Assembly (NCBI GenBank): GCA_951406725.2
Contig: OX597831.1
Location: 24,304,001 to 24,368,000 of the forward strand
DNA length: 64,000 bases
Direction of reading: 5' to 3'
DNA from: Octopus vulgaris
Lineage: Eukaryota
The notes beneath the pieces were generated by a model. The model was given only the letters and a program-made list of their open reading frames with translations, ran no database searches and had not been told where the DNA came from. Position numbers and translations under genes: made by a program. Shown here piece after piece: positions 1 through 13,194 of this stretch (within the stretch, counting starts at the first letter, position 1; the number at the start of each line of letters is the position of its first letter).

Positions 1-59
1 AACACAAATTCACAAACATTTTGTAAAAATTCCAAACATTAGAACATTTATGAGTAGGT

Positions 60-370
60 ATATGCCATGCTTAAAGCAGAATTCTGCCAAAGTTTATTTT
101 GCATCAGCATGATTCTAATACAATGGATGTATGGTAAGAAATACACAGGAAAGAATCACTGGACAGGTTTTGTGGGCAAAAAAACCAACTGGCAGGAGAT
201 CCTGGGGTTGACCATGAGCAAGATTGTTGGATAACATCCATGAGCTTAGTTTTTCCCACTTGTGGATTCATTCAGATCAACTGGTGTTGGTTGCTTCTGA
301 CAGGAACTGATGTAGGCCAATCTTGAGGACTCAGCCGCCATGGCCATCACCGGAATAAGTGGGTGAAGAA
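60..370 (+). mobile_element. Degenerate RTE-clade (Rex3/Expander-like) LINE, ORF C-terminus
   Basis: Manual translation gives ...ERITGQVLWAK..PTGRRSWG*P*ARLLDNIHELSFSHL...VASDRN*CRPILRTQPPWPSPE*. This resembles the RTE C-terminal pattern GRRPRGRPRTRW...LLPPRP and contains several stops. Confidence 0.6.
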
Positions 371-683
371 ATTGAGATGAGGTGATACCAGGTTCAATCT
401 CAGGACACGGCACCTTGAATATGTGTCTTCTAACATAGTCTTTGGTTGACAAATACATTGAGAGCAAGTTTGCTCTAAGCTGTGCAATTGCGTGGGCATA
501 TAAACACACTTCACAATGAACACAAAGGAAAAACTGCGTGCTCTCAAGGTTTACAAGATTTCAAATGTTTTTATTTGAAGATGGATAGTCATGTTAGTGC
601 ACACATATTTTGAAAGGAAAATCAAAATTTGCACTCAGGAAAATGTTCACACTCACAGGATCACTGAGAATAAAAACTACCAT

Positions 684-1106
684 CTTTTACTCTTTTACTT
701 GTTTCAGTCATTTGACTGTGGCCATGCTGAAGCACCACCTTTAGTCGAGCAAATCGACCCCAGGACTTATCTTTGTAAGCCTAGTACTTATTCTATCAGT
801 CTCTTTTGCTGAACCACTAAGTTACGGGGACATAAATACACCAGCATCAGTTGTCAAGCGATGTTGGGAGGACAAACACAGACACACAAACACACACACA
901 CACACACATATGTATATATATATATATACATATACATATATACGATAGGCTTCTTTCAGTTTCCATCTACCAAATCCCCTCACAAGGCTTTGGTCGGCCC
1001 GAGGCTATAGTAGAAGACACTTACCCAAGGTGTCATGCAGTGGGACTGAACCCAGAACCATGTGATTGATAAGCAAGCTACTTACCACACAGCCACTCCT
1101 GCGCCT
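684..1106 (-). mobile_element. tRNA-derived SINE, family A (full length)
   Basis: The minus strand begins GGCGCAGGAGTGGCTGTGTGGTAAG (A-box), then GGGTTCAGTCCC (B-box-like), CCTTGGGTAAG, an internal TA/CA microsatellite and a GAAACAAGTAAAAGAG-type tail. More than 15 copies occur in the window. Confidence 0.9.
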
Positions 1107-2679
1107 ACCATTGATTTATTTTTCATCTTTTTTTTTATAAATATTGAACTGCGAAGCCAAGTAAGAATTGATAATTCATTTTTATCTTTATTCTTGTTTT
1201 ATTTTAAATCTGTATTTTATTATGGTCAGTCTAGTAATTAGAATTAATAGCTGTACATATGATAGGCTTCTGCACAGTTTTTCCTCTACCATATTCCACT
1301 CACACACTATGATAGAAGACCCCACACAGTGAGATCAAACCCTGAAATATGTAACGATGTGAGCCTCTCCACTATAGAACAAGGCATGCACACATACATA
1401 CATAACTGAGTGTATGCATGAATTAATTAATGGACATAATCACAACTAACTACATTGTCATGATAATATATATTATCCCTAATTACTAAATGTCCATGCT
1501 GTGTACACTTAGTTCTTCAATGGCTCTATCCAAATTCCTAGTTATAACTACTGCAGAATAGTACAGGTTATTGTTGTAAGGATATTAAATTGCTGTATAA
1601 TTTAGCCTTCCTCCCATGATAGGTTCCATAGTTCAATCACTGTTGTCATTATGTTAACAGTTGATCCCTCTCCTGCCCCCCTCAGCTGACTGTTTGACCA
1701 GCTTTCAAACTGACAGCCCTAATACTGCCCGCACTGTAAACTATTTAAGCATGCAACGACAAACTTTTATATGCATTCCATTTGTTCTGTTCTTTCCATT
1801 AACTGATATCTATAAAGAAAAATATATATATACAGTAATGCTTTCTACCCAGTAATAAAAATCTAACCAGAAAGAATACTGCAATAAATAAATAAACTAT
1901 CAATACTAGAAACATATTCAGATATTCAGAGATAGCTTCGGAGAAATAAATCGGAGTATTTTCCATTATGTATCTTCTCTCTCATGAACCTTTATATAAC
2001 ACCAAATAAACCCACAAATGCTATTGTGAGCTGTAAAAGAATTGAGTGTATCTTTTATTAGTTTGCAAGCCTGTTAAATCAAACTGAAGCACTGACCATT
2101 ACTATTGTTATTTAGAACCAAAAGATAAACAACACAATTACAGAACTAACCTTTGGTATATATATATATATATCGAATTCCCTATAGAAAACCAGAAAGA
2201 AAAAGCTCAACAATAAAATATGAAATTGCAGATGTAGCATAGATTTTATAATACAGATTTGGGATTTTAAAGAACGTATATTTGTTTTGTCGGTATGTCT
2301 TATTCCTTTATGAATTTCCGTTATTCATCTGTAGCCTTGATGGGGTATTTTCAATAACAGTAGGAGAATATGTAGTTTTAAGGGAATGTTGTAAAGAGCA
2401 TTATCAGTTCTTGAGTTTTGATAAGTATATATTCCATAGGAGGAAGGGAATCTAATATTTTGGGATTTTTCATCATCTGAGACTGAGAATGAATTTTTTA
2501 TAACTTATTCTCTCTTCCAGACCAAAGAATAGCATGAAATATGAGACACTTCTTTTCCCCAAAGCATGAAAATGCATTGAAATTCACAAACTTTCTAAAC
2601 AATTTTGCTGAGGCCCAAAAGTTTCCTATGACAAGTTTCTACACACAACCACAAATTTTTGTGATTGTTTTCTGAACTA

Positions 2680-3244
2680 TTGGGTTGTCCAGAAGGTTCA
2701 TGCCAATTTATAGAAGCTTACATTTCGACTTATTTTAGAACATGGTTGAGTCCATGAAATAGGATTTGACTACACCTCCATTTAGAGCACAGTTTAAACT
2801 ATCTTTTCATGGAAGAAGGTTTATGTTCCTATAACCTGTGTTAATTCTGTAACCCTTTAAAATGGAAGATAAGAAAGTTCATTTTCGGCACTTGATGCTT
2901 TAGGAACCAGACAAAAATTGCTGCAGCTTGGCTGGAATGTGTTACCCTACACTCCATATTCACCAGATAGTGCTCCTTCGGATTTCCACTTATTCAGGTC
3001 TCTGCAGAATAGTCTTAATGGTAATAATTTCAATTCCTTGGAAGACATAAAAAGATACTGTGATGAATTCTTTGCCATGAAACCACCACAATTCTGGGAA
3101 GAATGTATTTTCAAGTTAAAGGAAAGATGGAGATGCATCGTGCAACAAAATGGTTCATATTTGGTTGATTAAAAATGTAATGGCAAGTATTTATTGACCT
3201 TTTCTTTCCTTTAAAAATCGGCACGAAATTTCCGGACAACCCAA
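2680..3244 (+). mobile_element. Internally deleted mariner (mellifera-subfamily-like), non-autonomous
   Basis: TA TSDs at 2678-79 and 3245-46; ~30-bp TIRs TTGGGTTGTCC...GGACAACCCAA. The N-terminus MEDKKVHFRHLML is fused to the C-terminus QKLLQLGWNVLPYTPYSPDSAPSDFHLFRSLQNSL...ERW..IVQQNGSY (YSPDLAP motif). Confidence 0.93.
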
Positions 3245-3752
3245 TATTACTAGCAAGTGTCTAGTCTATCAGCACTGTGATTTCTACCACAAATTTCACT
3301 GAAATTCAAAAACGCTAGCTAAAATGTTTTCTTAGACAGCAATCTCACCTGAGTGATTAACATATTGTATGAAAATTCAAGCAGCATAGATATTCTAAAT
3401 AGTGACATCATTCTAGTGACATTCTATTCTAAATAGAAACTTCTAAAAGATTATGGTTGAAATTCTTCGAGGCTGTACTTTTCAAAATCTAACATTTAGA
3501 CAGAACTCTGTAACTTTTCCAAACTCAAGTTCCATCAAAGAACAAGACTTTTCTGCCTGCATTTTGTTGGCAATATTGATCATGTAGAAGGTGATGAGTG
3601 GAACTTCAAGAACTCTTTAATAGACTAGAAAGAGGGTCAAGTGTGATCAGAAAGAAAGTCACTTCAGAAAAGAGCAAGAATCTAATCAACAGAATGCAGT
3701 AACTAGCATCATGCTAAAATGGATGAACATCTTGGAAAAAAACAAAAAACAC

Positions 3753-3910
3753 TGGAGGCGCAATGACCCAGTGGTTAGGGCAGCAGACTCACAGTCGTAG
3801 GATTGCGGTTTCAATTCCCAGACTGGGCATTGTAAGTGTGTATTGAGCAAAAACCACCTAAAGCTCGATGAGACTCTGGCAGGGGGTAGTGGCGATCCCT
3901 GCTGTACTCT
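3753..3910 (+). mobile_element. tRNA-derived SINE family C, 5' part
   Basis: Head GGAGGCGCAATGACCCAGTGGTTAGGGCAGCAGACTC...TTTCAATTCCC, shared with copies at 11426, 16342 and 40349. Confidence 0.8.
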
Positions 3911-3980
3911 ACTAAAAGGCAGTGCTCCAGCATTGCCACAGTCAAATGACAAAAGCAAGTAAAAGAGAACCATTTTAGAT

Positions 3981-4646
3981 ATTTCAGATCTACTGTGAGC
4001 AAGTATGGCAGGTCAGTAACAGAGCTTGGCTGGTCTTTATCTGTCAGAACAAAGCCTGGAATATCATATGGATAAATAAGTCTCTTTAAGCTGCCTATGA
4101 AGCACTAAATGTTCAAGTCTCTAGTGTCTTCAGTCTTTCTGTACAGACATGAAAGCCAGACACAGCTGGAAATTCTCAGTTAGTGAAGAACTTAGAATCC
4201 AGGGATTTTAGTTTGTGTGGACCAAAATGAATCTAAAACTAACGTTCAACCCATACAAACTCAGTAAAAAGGATGCAAAACAGCAAACAGAAAAAAATTA
4301 AAATCTGATATTTGTAACAAATCAGAACTTATGAGTCAAGAGCTTGTAGCCCGATATCATTGGCTTTGATCTGTTCTATCTCAGCAAATAACAGCCTGTT
4401 GAGGAAGAAAGAGCAGATTATTATGACACTTAAAACCCCTTTGAAGCTGCCCCTGGTCCTATGGTACAACTCACTGGTTTTGAAGTAATCTAAATTAAAA
4501 TCTTCTACCAAAATTTCGGTTTAATTTCAGATCTACTGTGAGCAAGTATGGTAGGTTAGTAACAGAGATAAAAGCAAGACTTGGCTGGTCTTTATCTGTC
4601 AGAACAAAGCCTGGAATATCATATGGATAAACAATTCTCTTAAGCT
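3981..4646 (+). repeat. Direct repeat of ~115-123 bp (3981-4093 and 4524-4646)
   Basis: ATTTCAGATCTACTGTGAGCAAGTATGG...CTTGGCTGGTCTTTATCTGTCAGAACAAAGCCTGGAATATCATATGGATAAA occurs twice; the second copy has a ~13-nt insertion. Confidence 0.9.
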
Positions 4647-4720
4647 GTTTCTGTGGCGCAATCGGTTAGCACTTTCGGCTGTTAACTAGAAGATTGGTGG
4701 TTCGAGAACACCCAGGGACG
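4647..4720 (+). pseudogene. tRNA-Asn(GTT) pseudogene
   Basis: 74-nt GTTTCTGTGGCGCAATCGGTTAGCACTTTCGGCT-GTT-AACTAGAAGATTGGTGGTTCGAGAACACCCAGGGACG aligns to the canonical metazoan tRNA-Asn. It has mismatches in the D, anticodon and T stems and a T-run terminator at ~4728-4732. Confidence 0.88.
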
Positions 4721-4733
4721 AGCTTAATTTTTA

Positions 4734-5138
4734 AGGTGCAGGGGTGGCTGTGTGGTAAGTAGCTTGCTTACCACCCACATCGTTCTGGGTACATTCCCAC
4801 TGTATGGCACATTGGCAAGTCTCTTCTACTATAGCCTTGGGCTGACCAAAGCTTTCTTAGTGGATTTGGTAGACGGAAACTGAAAGAAGCCCATCGTATA
4901 TGTGTATATATATGTATGTGTGTGTATATGCTTGTGTGTCTTTGTTTGCCCCGCAACATCACTTAACAACATACGGTGGTGTGTTTATGTCCCTGTAACT
5001 TAGCGGTTCAGCAAAAGAGACCGATAGAATATATACTAGGCTTACAAAGAATAAGTCCTGGGGTCAATTTGCTCAACTAAAGACGGTGCTCCACAATGGC
5101 CGCAGTCTAATAACTGAAACAAGTAAAAGATAAAAGAT
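4734..5138 (+). mobile_element. SINE family A
   Basis: Head GGGGTGGCTGTGTGGTAAGTAGC through to the GAAACAAGTAAAAGA tail. Confidence 0.9.
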
Positions 5139-6995
5139 ATTTCAAGAGAAATATGGTTATGAAAGGGCTAAGAGAATTTCTCAATAGCCAGTTCCATAGT
5201 TAGAGATTGAATTAAATTTATTTCAGTTAGCCATTGATCCACACTAACCAATGTATATTGTTCTGAGCCAAAATATTTCGTTGAAAACGAAGTTGCAACT
5301 CTTTACAACCGAAAATGTCTTTCTTTTCCCTGGACAATAACATGTATGTATGTATGTATGTATGTATGTACAGATGCTTTGATGCATGTGTGTATGTATG
5401 TATGAATGTATATGAGAATTTACTTATGTATGTTTACGAGAATAACTGTATGACTGTGTGAATGATCGACAGAAAGAGAAAGGGAAAGCAAGTAAGATTA
5501 ACTGTGTGTGTGTGTGTGTGTGTGTCTGTCTGTGTGTCTTTAATTTGTTGTTGTTTTTTCCTAATTTAAAAATCTAACTTGATGCATTAAATATTTTTGG
5601 AATTGACATGTATGCACTTTTCTTTTCCTTTTTTTTTTTTAATCAGGGACAAAAATATGATAAAAAAAAAAAGAAAGAGAGAGCCTTAAGGAATAAGAAA
5701 TTTTTCAATCAATAATCTTTTATTTCATTATTTTGAATTTTTTTGTGTACTTCTTTACTTATTTTTTTTTTCATTTATTAAAACTCAGAAATTTTTATCC
5801 ATTTCTCAATTGTGAACTTTTGCCCATTAGAACTTGGAATAGTTCTGTTATTCTCATACAGTATACATTTATTCCTTGCAGAACTAAACTTTTCAATTTC
5901 ACAAGAATACAAATTCTCTTCATTGAACTCTTTAGGCTTTTATGAAATTGATACTACTCAGCTCTCGTTAATTATAAGCCTGATTTGATGTTCAATGGAA
6001 ATTTCATTGAAATATTTATTACATAATGATAAAAAGATATTGATCTCTTTATTTATGCAATATTCACCTGACTGATCTCCAAAATTAGATTATATTGCTA
6101 GCGAGATAATATATTTCAGTAAATCCATCTGTTTCGCTCCCTATATTTTCCTACTTTTCCTTTAATGCAGTTTTAAATATTTAAAATTGATATTGTATAC
6201 TGGTATTCAGTAATTTTGTTATAAACTACTTTGTATCATCATTAAGGGATACTGAACTGAAAATTTCTACTTGTCTATGAGATTCTTATTCACTTTAACG
6301 CCATCTAATCAGTTGGCTATGTGCCAGAAATTTTAATCAACAGGTGTTGTATCTATTGCATTGGAATAAATTCTTTAGTTAATGAATTTCATTTGCTTCA
6401 ATTCAGAAAGCGGCAGCTGATTTGGTTGTTAGGGTATACTCAGCCTACCCGCCCAAAGGTTTATTGTTTTGTGTAGCCCCTCACCAATGACATTGCACTG
6501 TGTCCCTGGCCAAGAAATTTAACACGCAAATGGTCTTGTTAACTTAACTGTAAATAAGTACCAAGGTAAAGTATAATTCAACAAGCAAGGAATATCTTGT
6601 TTCTTACACCCACGTCAGCCTTGATATAGCAGAGCTATTTTATCAGAGGGGTTATAACTATGACCATGTGATCGTTTTCCTCAAGCACAGTCAATCTAGG
6701 ACTATATTAGCCAATGTGTCTTTCAATTATTTCAAACAGTAGGGTATCACTTAAGAGACTTGGTTCCTATTTTAACAGGCTTTACTACTACACAATGTTC
6801 TCTCTGTTTGTACAATGAGGTGGTAAATTATACCACGGTAAACAAAAAGGTATGAGCAATATATATATATATTACACCTGACTGTAAATAAGAAATATTT
6901 ATTGTAATAAATAAAACAATACATCCCAGTGAAGTAAATAACAGCAATACTGTATGACGGAAAAGTGTTTAATTAACTGAGTTCAAATCCTACCC

Positions 6996-7199
6996 TCTTT
7001 TACTTGTTTCAGTCATTTGACTGTGGCCAAGCTGGAGCACAGCCTCTTTAGTCGAGCAAATCAACCCCAGGACTTATTCTTTGTAAGCCTAGTACTTATT
7101 TTATCGGTCTCTTTTGCTGAACTGCTATGTTACAGAGGCGTAAACACACCGCCATCGGATGTCAAGCGATGTTGGGGGGACAAACACACAAATACACAC

Positions 7200-7278
<79 letters not shown>

Positions 7279-7445
7279 TATACGATAGGATTCTTTCAGT
7301 TTCTGTCTACCAAATCCACTCACAAGGCTTTGGTTGGTCTGAGGCTATAGTAGAAGACACTTTCCCAAAGTGCCACACAGTGGGACTGAACTTGGAACCA
7401 TGTGGTTAGTAAGCAAGCTACTTACCACTCAGCCACTCCTGTGCA
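6996..7445 (-). mobile_element. SINE family A
   Basis: Full-length match to the family, with an expanded internal (TA)n. Confidence 0.9.
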
Positions 7446-7502
7446 GGAAAAAACTTTCAGATGAATGAGTTCTCTTGCTTTTTGCCATCCTCCATATGCT
7501 AC

Positions 7503-7775
7503 ATCTTCATCATCATTATCATCATCATCATCATCATCACCATAATCATCCTTTAACATCCTTTGTCCATGCTGGCATGGGTTGGATAGTTTGACCAAAG
7601 CTGGTAAGCTGGAGAGCTGCACCAGCTTCCAGTCTGATTTGGCTTGGCTTCTATGGCCAGAGGCCCGTCCTAACACCAATGACTTTACAGTGTGTGCTGG
7701 GTGCTTTTAATATGACACTGCATGAGCGCTTAAAATATGGCAATGGCACAAGTGCCTTTTATGTGGTACTGACAC
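7503..7775 (-). mobile_element. RTE LINE 3' UTR fragment with (GAT)n tail
   Basis: CATCAT...TTTAACATCC..TCCATGCTGGCATGGGTTGGA, the same terminus as the RTE at 50549-51459. Confidence 0.7.
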
Positions 7776-8087
7776 ATTATTCATCTCGTTAACTGACCAC
7801 TGAGTCCTTCTTTATTTCATCGATAGGCTGTGTGATTTAAGGAAATTCGGTTTGTATTTCTAGCAGGTAGAATAACTTGGTGGTTTTATTGTATTGAACA
7901 CATGTTATAGAAAGCAACAGTGGTCCAATATTGACGTTGTCTGTCTTGAAGTCACATTCTTATGCATTAAATGATAGTTTAAACATATTGAATTCACTCC
8001 ATGCTAAATTGTGAATAAATCAGACAGAATAAAACAATAACACACCCACATTCAAACACAGATTGTTGCACACACACACACATACAT

Positions 8088-8157
<70 letters not shown>

Positions 8158-8990
8158 CTATACATACGCACAAATTTGTATTAATCAATGTTAATGTGTG
8201 GAATTTCCAATAGAATCTTAAATTTGTGCTTAATCGCAAAAGTGAACAGAATTTGTCTCAGCAGGTTCTTCATAAATTAATATTTGCTTTTAATAACCAT
8301 TGACAAGAATTATCGTTGTATTTTGAACAGTTTCCCCTCTCTTGTTATACAATACTAACACTTTGATGTTCCCAACATCAAAAGCTTGGTGATGATGTGC
8401 TTAAACTGTTTTACCACTTGTGTTTTGGTGTAATTGTAATTTCAGAGACGAAGGTTTCGATGAAAATATATCGAATGACATAAATATTGTTTTGGCCATT
8501 GGAAAATTTTCAATCAATTTATAACGCTATGGTAAATTATTCCGATTCTCCTATTTAACGATCAATTTGGCTCATGTGTGACAAATTCAGTGAAATCCTC
8601 AACCTGTAGAGACACACACACAAACACAGACACATTAACACACCTATTCACATACACATTAATACTCAGACACACACATATTGATACATAAAAATATCCT
8701 AATGCACATACAAATACACCGGGACATATATACATAAATACACACATATACACATACACTGACATTGACTGGAACATTACAACACTAACAAATGCTAAAT
8801 GAAAACTATTTTCTTCCTAATTAGTTATGGTAATCATTTCACAAATTAGCTGAATTAGCAAATTCATAAAATTCAAGAATTCATCTTCTGTTTTCAGTAA
8901 TATTAAGTGGATGAAAAATTAAGTTTCCCCAGGAAAGACTACTAGATTTATGGAGGGCAGCATTCCCAGATAATACTTGATTTTTCATAT

Positions 8991-9223
8991 ATATTTCTTT
9001 ATTGCCCACAAGGGGCTAAACACAGAGGGGACAAACAAGGACAGACAAACGGATTAAGTCGATTGCATCGACCCCAGTGTGTAACTGGTACTTGATTTAT
9101 CGACCCCGAAAGGATGAAAGGCAAAGTCGACCTCGGCGGAATTTGAACTCAGAACGTAACGGCAGACGAAATATGGCTACACATTTCGCCCGGCGTGCTA
9201 ACGTTTCTGCTAGCTTGCCGTCT
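8991..9223 (-). mobile_element. SINE family B
   Basis: Minus strand: GGCAAGCTAGCAGAAACGTTAGC...GAGTTCAAATTCC (B-box)...GCCTTTCATCCTTTCGGGGTCGAT...AAAGAAATA. Confidence 0.9.
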
Positions 9224-9309
9224 TATTTGTTATATAGGCTGGAGTCTTTTGGTATATAAGTGTGTTACTATATATGTGTGCATAAGTATTAGTATTCATT
9301 ATATACGAT

Positions 9310-9610
9310 GCATGGCTCAGTGGTTAGAGCGTTGGGCTCTCAATTACTGGGTAGTGAGTTCAATTCCTGGACTGGACTACGTTTGAATTCTTGAGCAAGA
9401 CACTTTATTTCATGCTGCTCTAGTTTGTTCACTGGTGCCAAGCTGTATCGGCCTTTGCCTTTTCCTTGGATAACATCAGTGGCAGGGAGGCAGGAGGCTG
9501 GTATGCGGGGTCCACTGCTGGTCATCCATGAATAACCTTGCCTGGACTTGTACCTCGGAGGGAAACTTTTTAGGTGCAATCTCATGGTCATTTATGACAG
9601 AAGGTGGACT
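9310..9610 (+). mobile_element. tRNA-derived SINE family D
   Basis: TGGCTCAGTGGTTAGAGCG...GAGTTCAATTCC...CTTGAGCAAGACACTTTA; similar to 27053-27380. Confidence 0.8.
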
Positions 9611-9664
9611 TTATATAAATATATATACATATATTGTAAAAAAGGCCATATTTATTGTCAGGGG

Positions 9665-9820
9665 TCTTCTAAAGACAAATTCACAGTAGTTACCATGGAG
9701 ATAAAAAATTTTCTTTTATGGTAAAATGGTGTAAAAACACTATATTCATGGTAACTGCAGTGAATTTGCCTTTAGAAGTTGATATATGTCACAAACATCT
9801 TTGAACTAACCTCAAGTTCT
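9665..9820. mobile_element. Partial palindromic MITE (same family as 18271-18518)
   Basis: Inverted arms CTTCTAAAGACAAATTCAC / GTGAATTTGCCTTTAGAAG. Confidence 0.65.
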
Positions 9821-9836
9821 CATTTATATATATATG

Positions 9837-10273
9837 AGGCACAGGAGTGGCTGTGTGGTAAGAAGCTTGTTTCCCAATCACATAGTTCCAGATTCAGCCC
9901 TACTGTGTGGCATCTTGGGAAAGTTATCTTCTATTATAGACTTGAGTCAACCAAAGCCTTGTGAGTGGATATGGTAGATAGAAACTAAAAGAAGCCCATC
10001 CTATGTGTTCATGTGTGTGTATGTGTGTGTGTGTGTGTGTTTGTATGTGTATATGTGTGTGTGTGATTGTCTGACTGTGTTTGTCCCTCCACCATCACTT
10101 GTCAACCAATACTGGTGTTTACGTCTCCACAACATAGCGGTTCAGCAAAAGAGACTGATATAATAAGTACTAGCCTTACAAAGAATAAATCCTGGGATCA
10201 ATTTGTTCACCTGAAGGTGGTGCTCCTGCATAGCCACAGTCAAATGACTGAAACAAGTAAAAGAATAAAAGAA
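9837..10273 (+). mobile_element. SINE family A
   Basis: Head GGCACAGGAGTGGCTGTGTGG through to the GACTGAAACAAGTAAAAGAATAAAAGAA tail. Confidence 0.88.
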
Positions 10274-10303
10274 TATATTTACACCTAGGGCTTCTTTCAG
10301 TTT

Positions 10304-10930
10304 CTTATTTCTTTATTGCCCAGAAGGGGCTAAACACGGAGGGGACAAACAAGGACAGACAAATGGATTAAGTCGATTACATCGACCCCAGTGCGTAACT
10401 GGTACTTAATTTATCGACCCCGAAAGAATGAAAGGCAAAGTTGACCTCAGTGGAATTTGAACTCAGAATGTAACAGCAGACAAAATACCTATTTCTTTAC
10501 TGCCCACAAGGGGCTACAACACAGAGGCGACAAACAAGGACAGACAAATGGATTAAGTCAATTATATCGACCCCATTGTGTAACTGGTACTTAATTTATC
10601 GACCCCGAAAGGATGAAAGGCATAGTCGACCTCAGCGGAATTTAAACTCAGAACGTAACAGCAGACGAAATACCTATTTCTTTATTGCTCACAAGGAGCT
10701 ACACACAGAGGGAACAAACAAGGACAGACAAATGGATTAAGTCGATTATATCGACCCCATTGCATAACTGGTACCTAATTTATCGACCCTGAAAGGATGA
10801 AAGGCAAAATCGACCTCGGTAGAGTTTGAACTCAGAATGTAATGGCAGACGAAATAGGTTTCTGCCAGCAGACGAAATACTGCTAAGCATTTTGCCTGGC
10901 ATGTTAACGATTCTGCCAGCTTGCCGCCTT
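10304..10930 (-). mobile_element. SINE family B tandem trimer (one head, three ~187-bp bodies)
   Basis: Units begin TATTTCTTTA at ~10306, ~10490 and ~10675, joined by GAAATACC|TATTTC-type junctions; a single head lies at ~10870-10930. Confidence 0.9.
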
Positions 10931-11284
10931 TATTTTCTTTCAATTTCTGTCAACCAAATTTACTCATAAGGTCTTGAATGGGTCTCATGGAACAGAAAGC
11001 AGAACTATATGGCCGGGAAGCAAACTTACTTACTAGCTATACAACCATTCTTACTCCTTCCAGTCTATTCTCCCCATTTAACTGTAAATATTAATAGATA
11101 TTCAGATGGTAATTTTCCAGGCTATTAATTTCTTATTAATTGATTGTTCCAATCTCTAACCATCAACACTTGAATTATTGACCAATAAGAATTTTATGAC
11201 TGGCTGTGATTTGTGCTTTTACTTCTAACTGAAGGGAGATACAATTCATACACATTGATCATGTAAATCCTGTTATTAAAAAAA

Positions 11285-12005
11285 TGTTGTTGCCGGTGCC
11301 ATGTGAATGACACCTGTGTATTGTATTCATGGTTATAGATTGTGCCGTGTAAATTGGCACCTGGGATTCGTGGTTGTGGGTGGTGCCATGTAGCTGGTGT
11401 CCATGAGTCATGGTCATTGCTGTGTGGAGGCACATGGCCTAGTGGTTAGAGCAGCAGACTTGCGGTCGAGGGATTGCGGGTTCGAATCTCAGACCGGGCA
11501 ATGTGAGTGCTTATGAGTGAAACACCTAAGCTCCACACGGCTCCAGCAGAAGGTAATGGCAAACTTCTGCTGACTCTTTCACCACAACTTTCTCTCACTC
11601 TTTCCTCCTGCATCTTGCAGCTCACTTGCGACGGACCAGCATCCTGTCAAGGTGGGGAACCTATATGCCAAGGAAACCGGGAAACTGGCCCTTATGAGCC
11701 AGGCATGGCTCGAGAAGGAAGGATGGTCATTGCTGGTGCCATGCAAATGGCATCCATGAATTGTAGTTGCGGTTGTTGCCGGTGTCATGTAAACAGAACC
11801 CACCCATGAATCATAGTCATGGTCGATGCTGGTGTCATCTAAATCGTACCTCTGCTGGTGGCACATAAAAGCACCCATTACAGCCCTGGAGTGGTTGGCA
11901 TTAGGAAGAGCATCCAGCTGTAGAAACTATGCTCTCCAGCTCATCAGCTCCAGTCAAACCGTCTAACCCATGCCAGCATGGAGAGTAGACATTGAATGAT
12001 GATGA
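11285..12005 (+). mobile_element. RTE 3' UTR with internal subrepeats, interrupted by SINE C
   Basis: Repeated GTTGCCGGTGCCATGTAAATGGCACC-like units; ends CCCATGCCAGCATGGA...GATGATGA. Confidence 0.7.
11426..11722 (+). mobile_element. SINE family C, nested, with probable 13-bp TSD
   Basis: tRNA head GGAGGCACATGGCCTAGTGGTTAGAGCAGC...GGTTCGAATCTC. ATGGTCATTGCTG flanks it at 11410-11422 and 11723-11735. Confidence 0.8.
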
Positions 12006-13194
12006 AATGCTAGCTGCTTAGACAGAATCCAGCATGGGACAGGTCTACATTTTTAGGAACGAGATGCTTGATATCAAGGGTGTCATTGCTCTTTTTTTAA
12101 ATATACGGGTTCTCTAATTGAAAGCTAACCAGACATAAATACACATATTTGGGTATCAAATATGTGATAATGACTTGAGATCAAATCATTCACCTTGAAG
12201 AATAAATGCAAATATATAATCTAAAAATGATGATTATTATCATCTGAATAATGATAATTAATCTCAGAATGTCAGACATTGAGTCTGTTAGGCTTTTAGG
12301 CTGGCATTTTACCATTTCCATCTCTCCGTTCCCTAAGGACACTCCACTCATTCTATGTTGCCTCTTATAAATATTCAAATGAGGCCTTCAAATATCAAAG
12401 CAGAGAAAAGGTCTGTGTCATTAACAGGTGAGTGTGACTTAGTCATTCTAAAGACCCAACTGAATTTTTGAAAAAGTGCCAGGTTTGGTATTGTCTCAAT
12501 TTGCTGACAATATATATACATAATTATACACATACATACATATATATATACACACACACATCCACAAATATGCATACATACATACATACATATATCATTA
12601 ATTATAGGATTAAATATCACATCTTTAGAAAAAAGTCCATATGTTGATCCTAAAACTGTAATTATTTATCTAAGTTCAATTCCTAATAAATGAACAAGAG
12701 AAATGTCTAAGTGTTTGGGGTTCAACTGATGGGAAACATTCTAAATCTAAGCATTTTATTTCTATTTTTGTCTGTGTCTGAATTCCCTGTTGAGTGAATA
12801 TATGCTCAGACTGATTGGGCACCACACAGTGAATCAAAAGGTTCATACTTCAGAACTTATCACTGCAAAAGTATTTAAGCATAGGGGTGGCTGTGTGGTA
12901 AGTAGTTACAGTTGACAGCATTGATCGTGCATATTGACTACTGTGTTAGTTTAATATCATAACTACGTTTAGAGTACTACGGAGTGATTTCTGTGTGAAC
13001 ATATTAATTTTGTGAAAGGTTATTCTAGATAACCTTATCCAAATATTTATTTGGGTAATGCTATTCTTACACCTCACGTGTACACCCAACATCATAACAT
13101 TTGATTAAATTCAGAATGTAAAGGAACCTTACTAAATTCTTTTTTAACCAAATCCAGTGGCTTGCCTTTTCCACTGTACTTTGGATATATAAGA

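Noticed and set aside
2918-3172. Functional transposase or SETMAR-like host gene
   Set aside because: Only the last ~85 residues remain, inside TIRs; the DNA-binding domain and most of the DDD domain are deleted.
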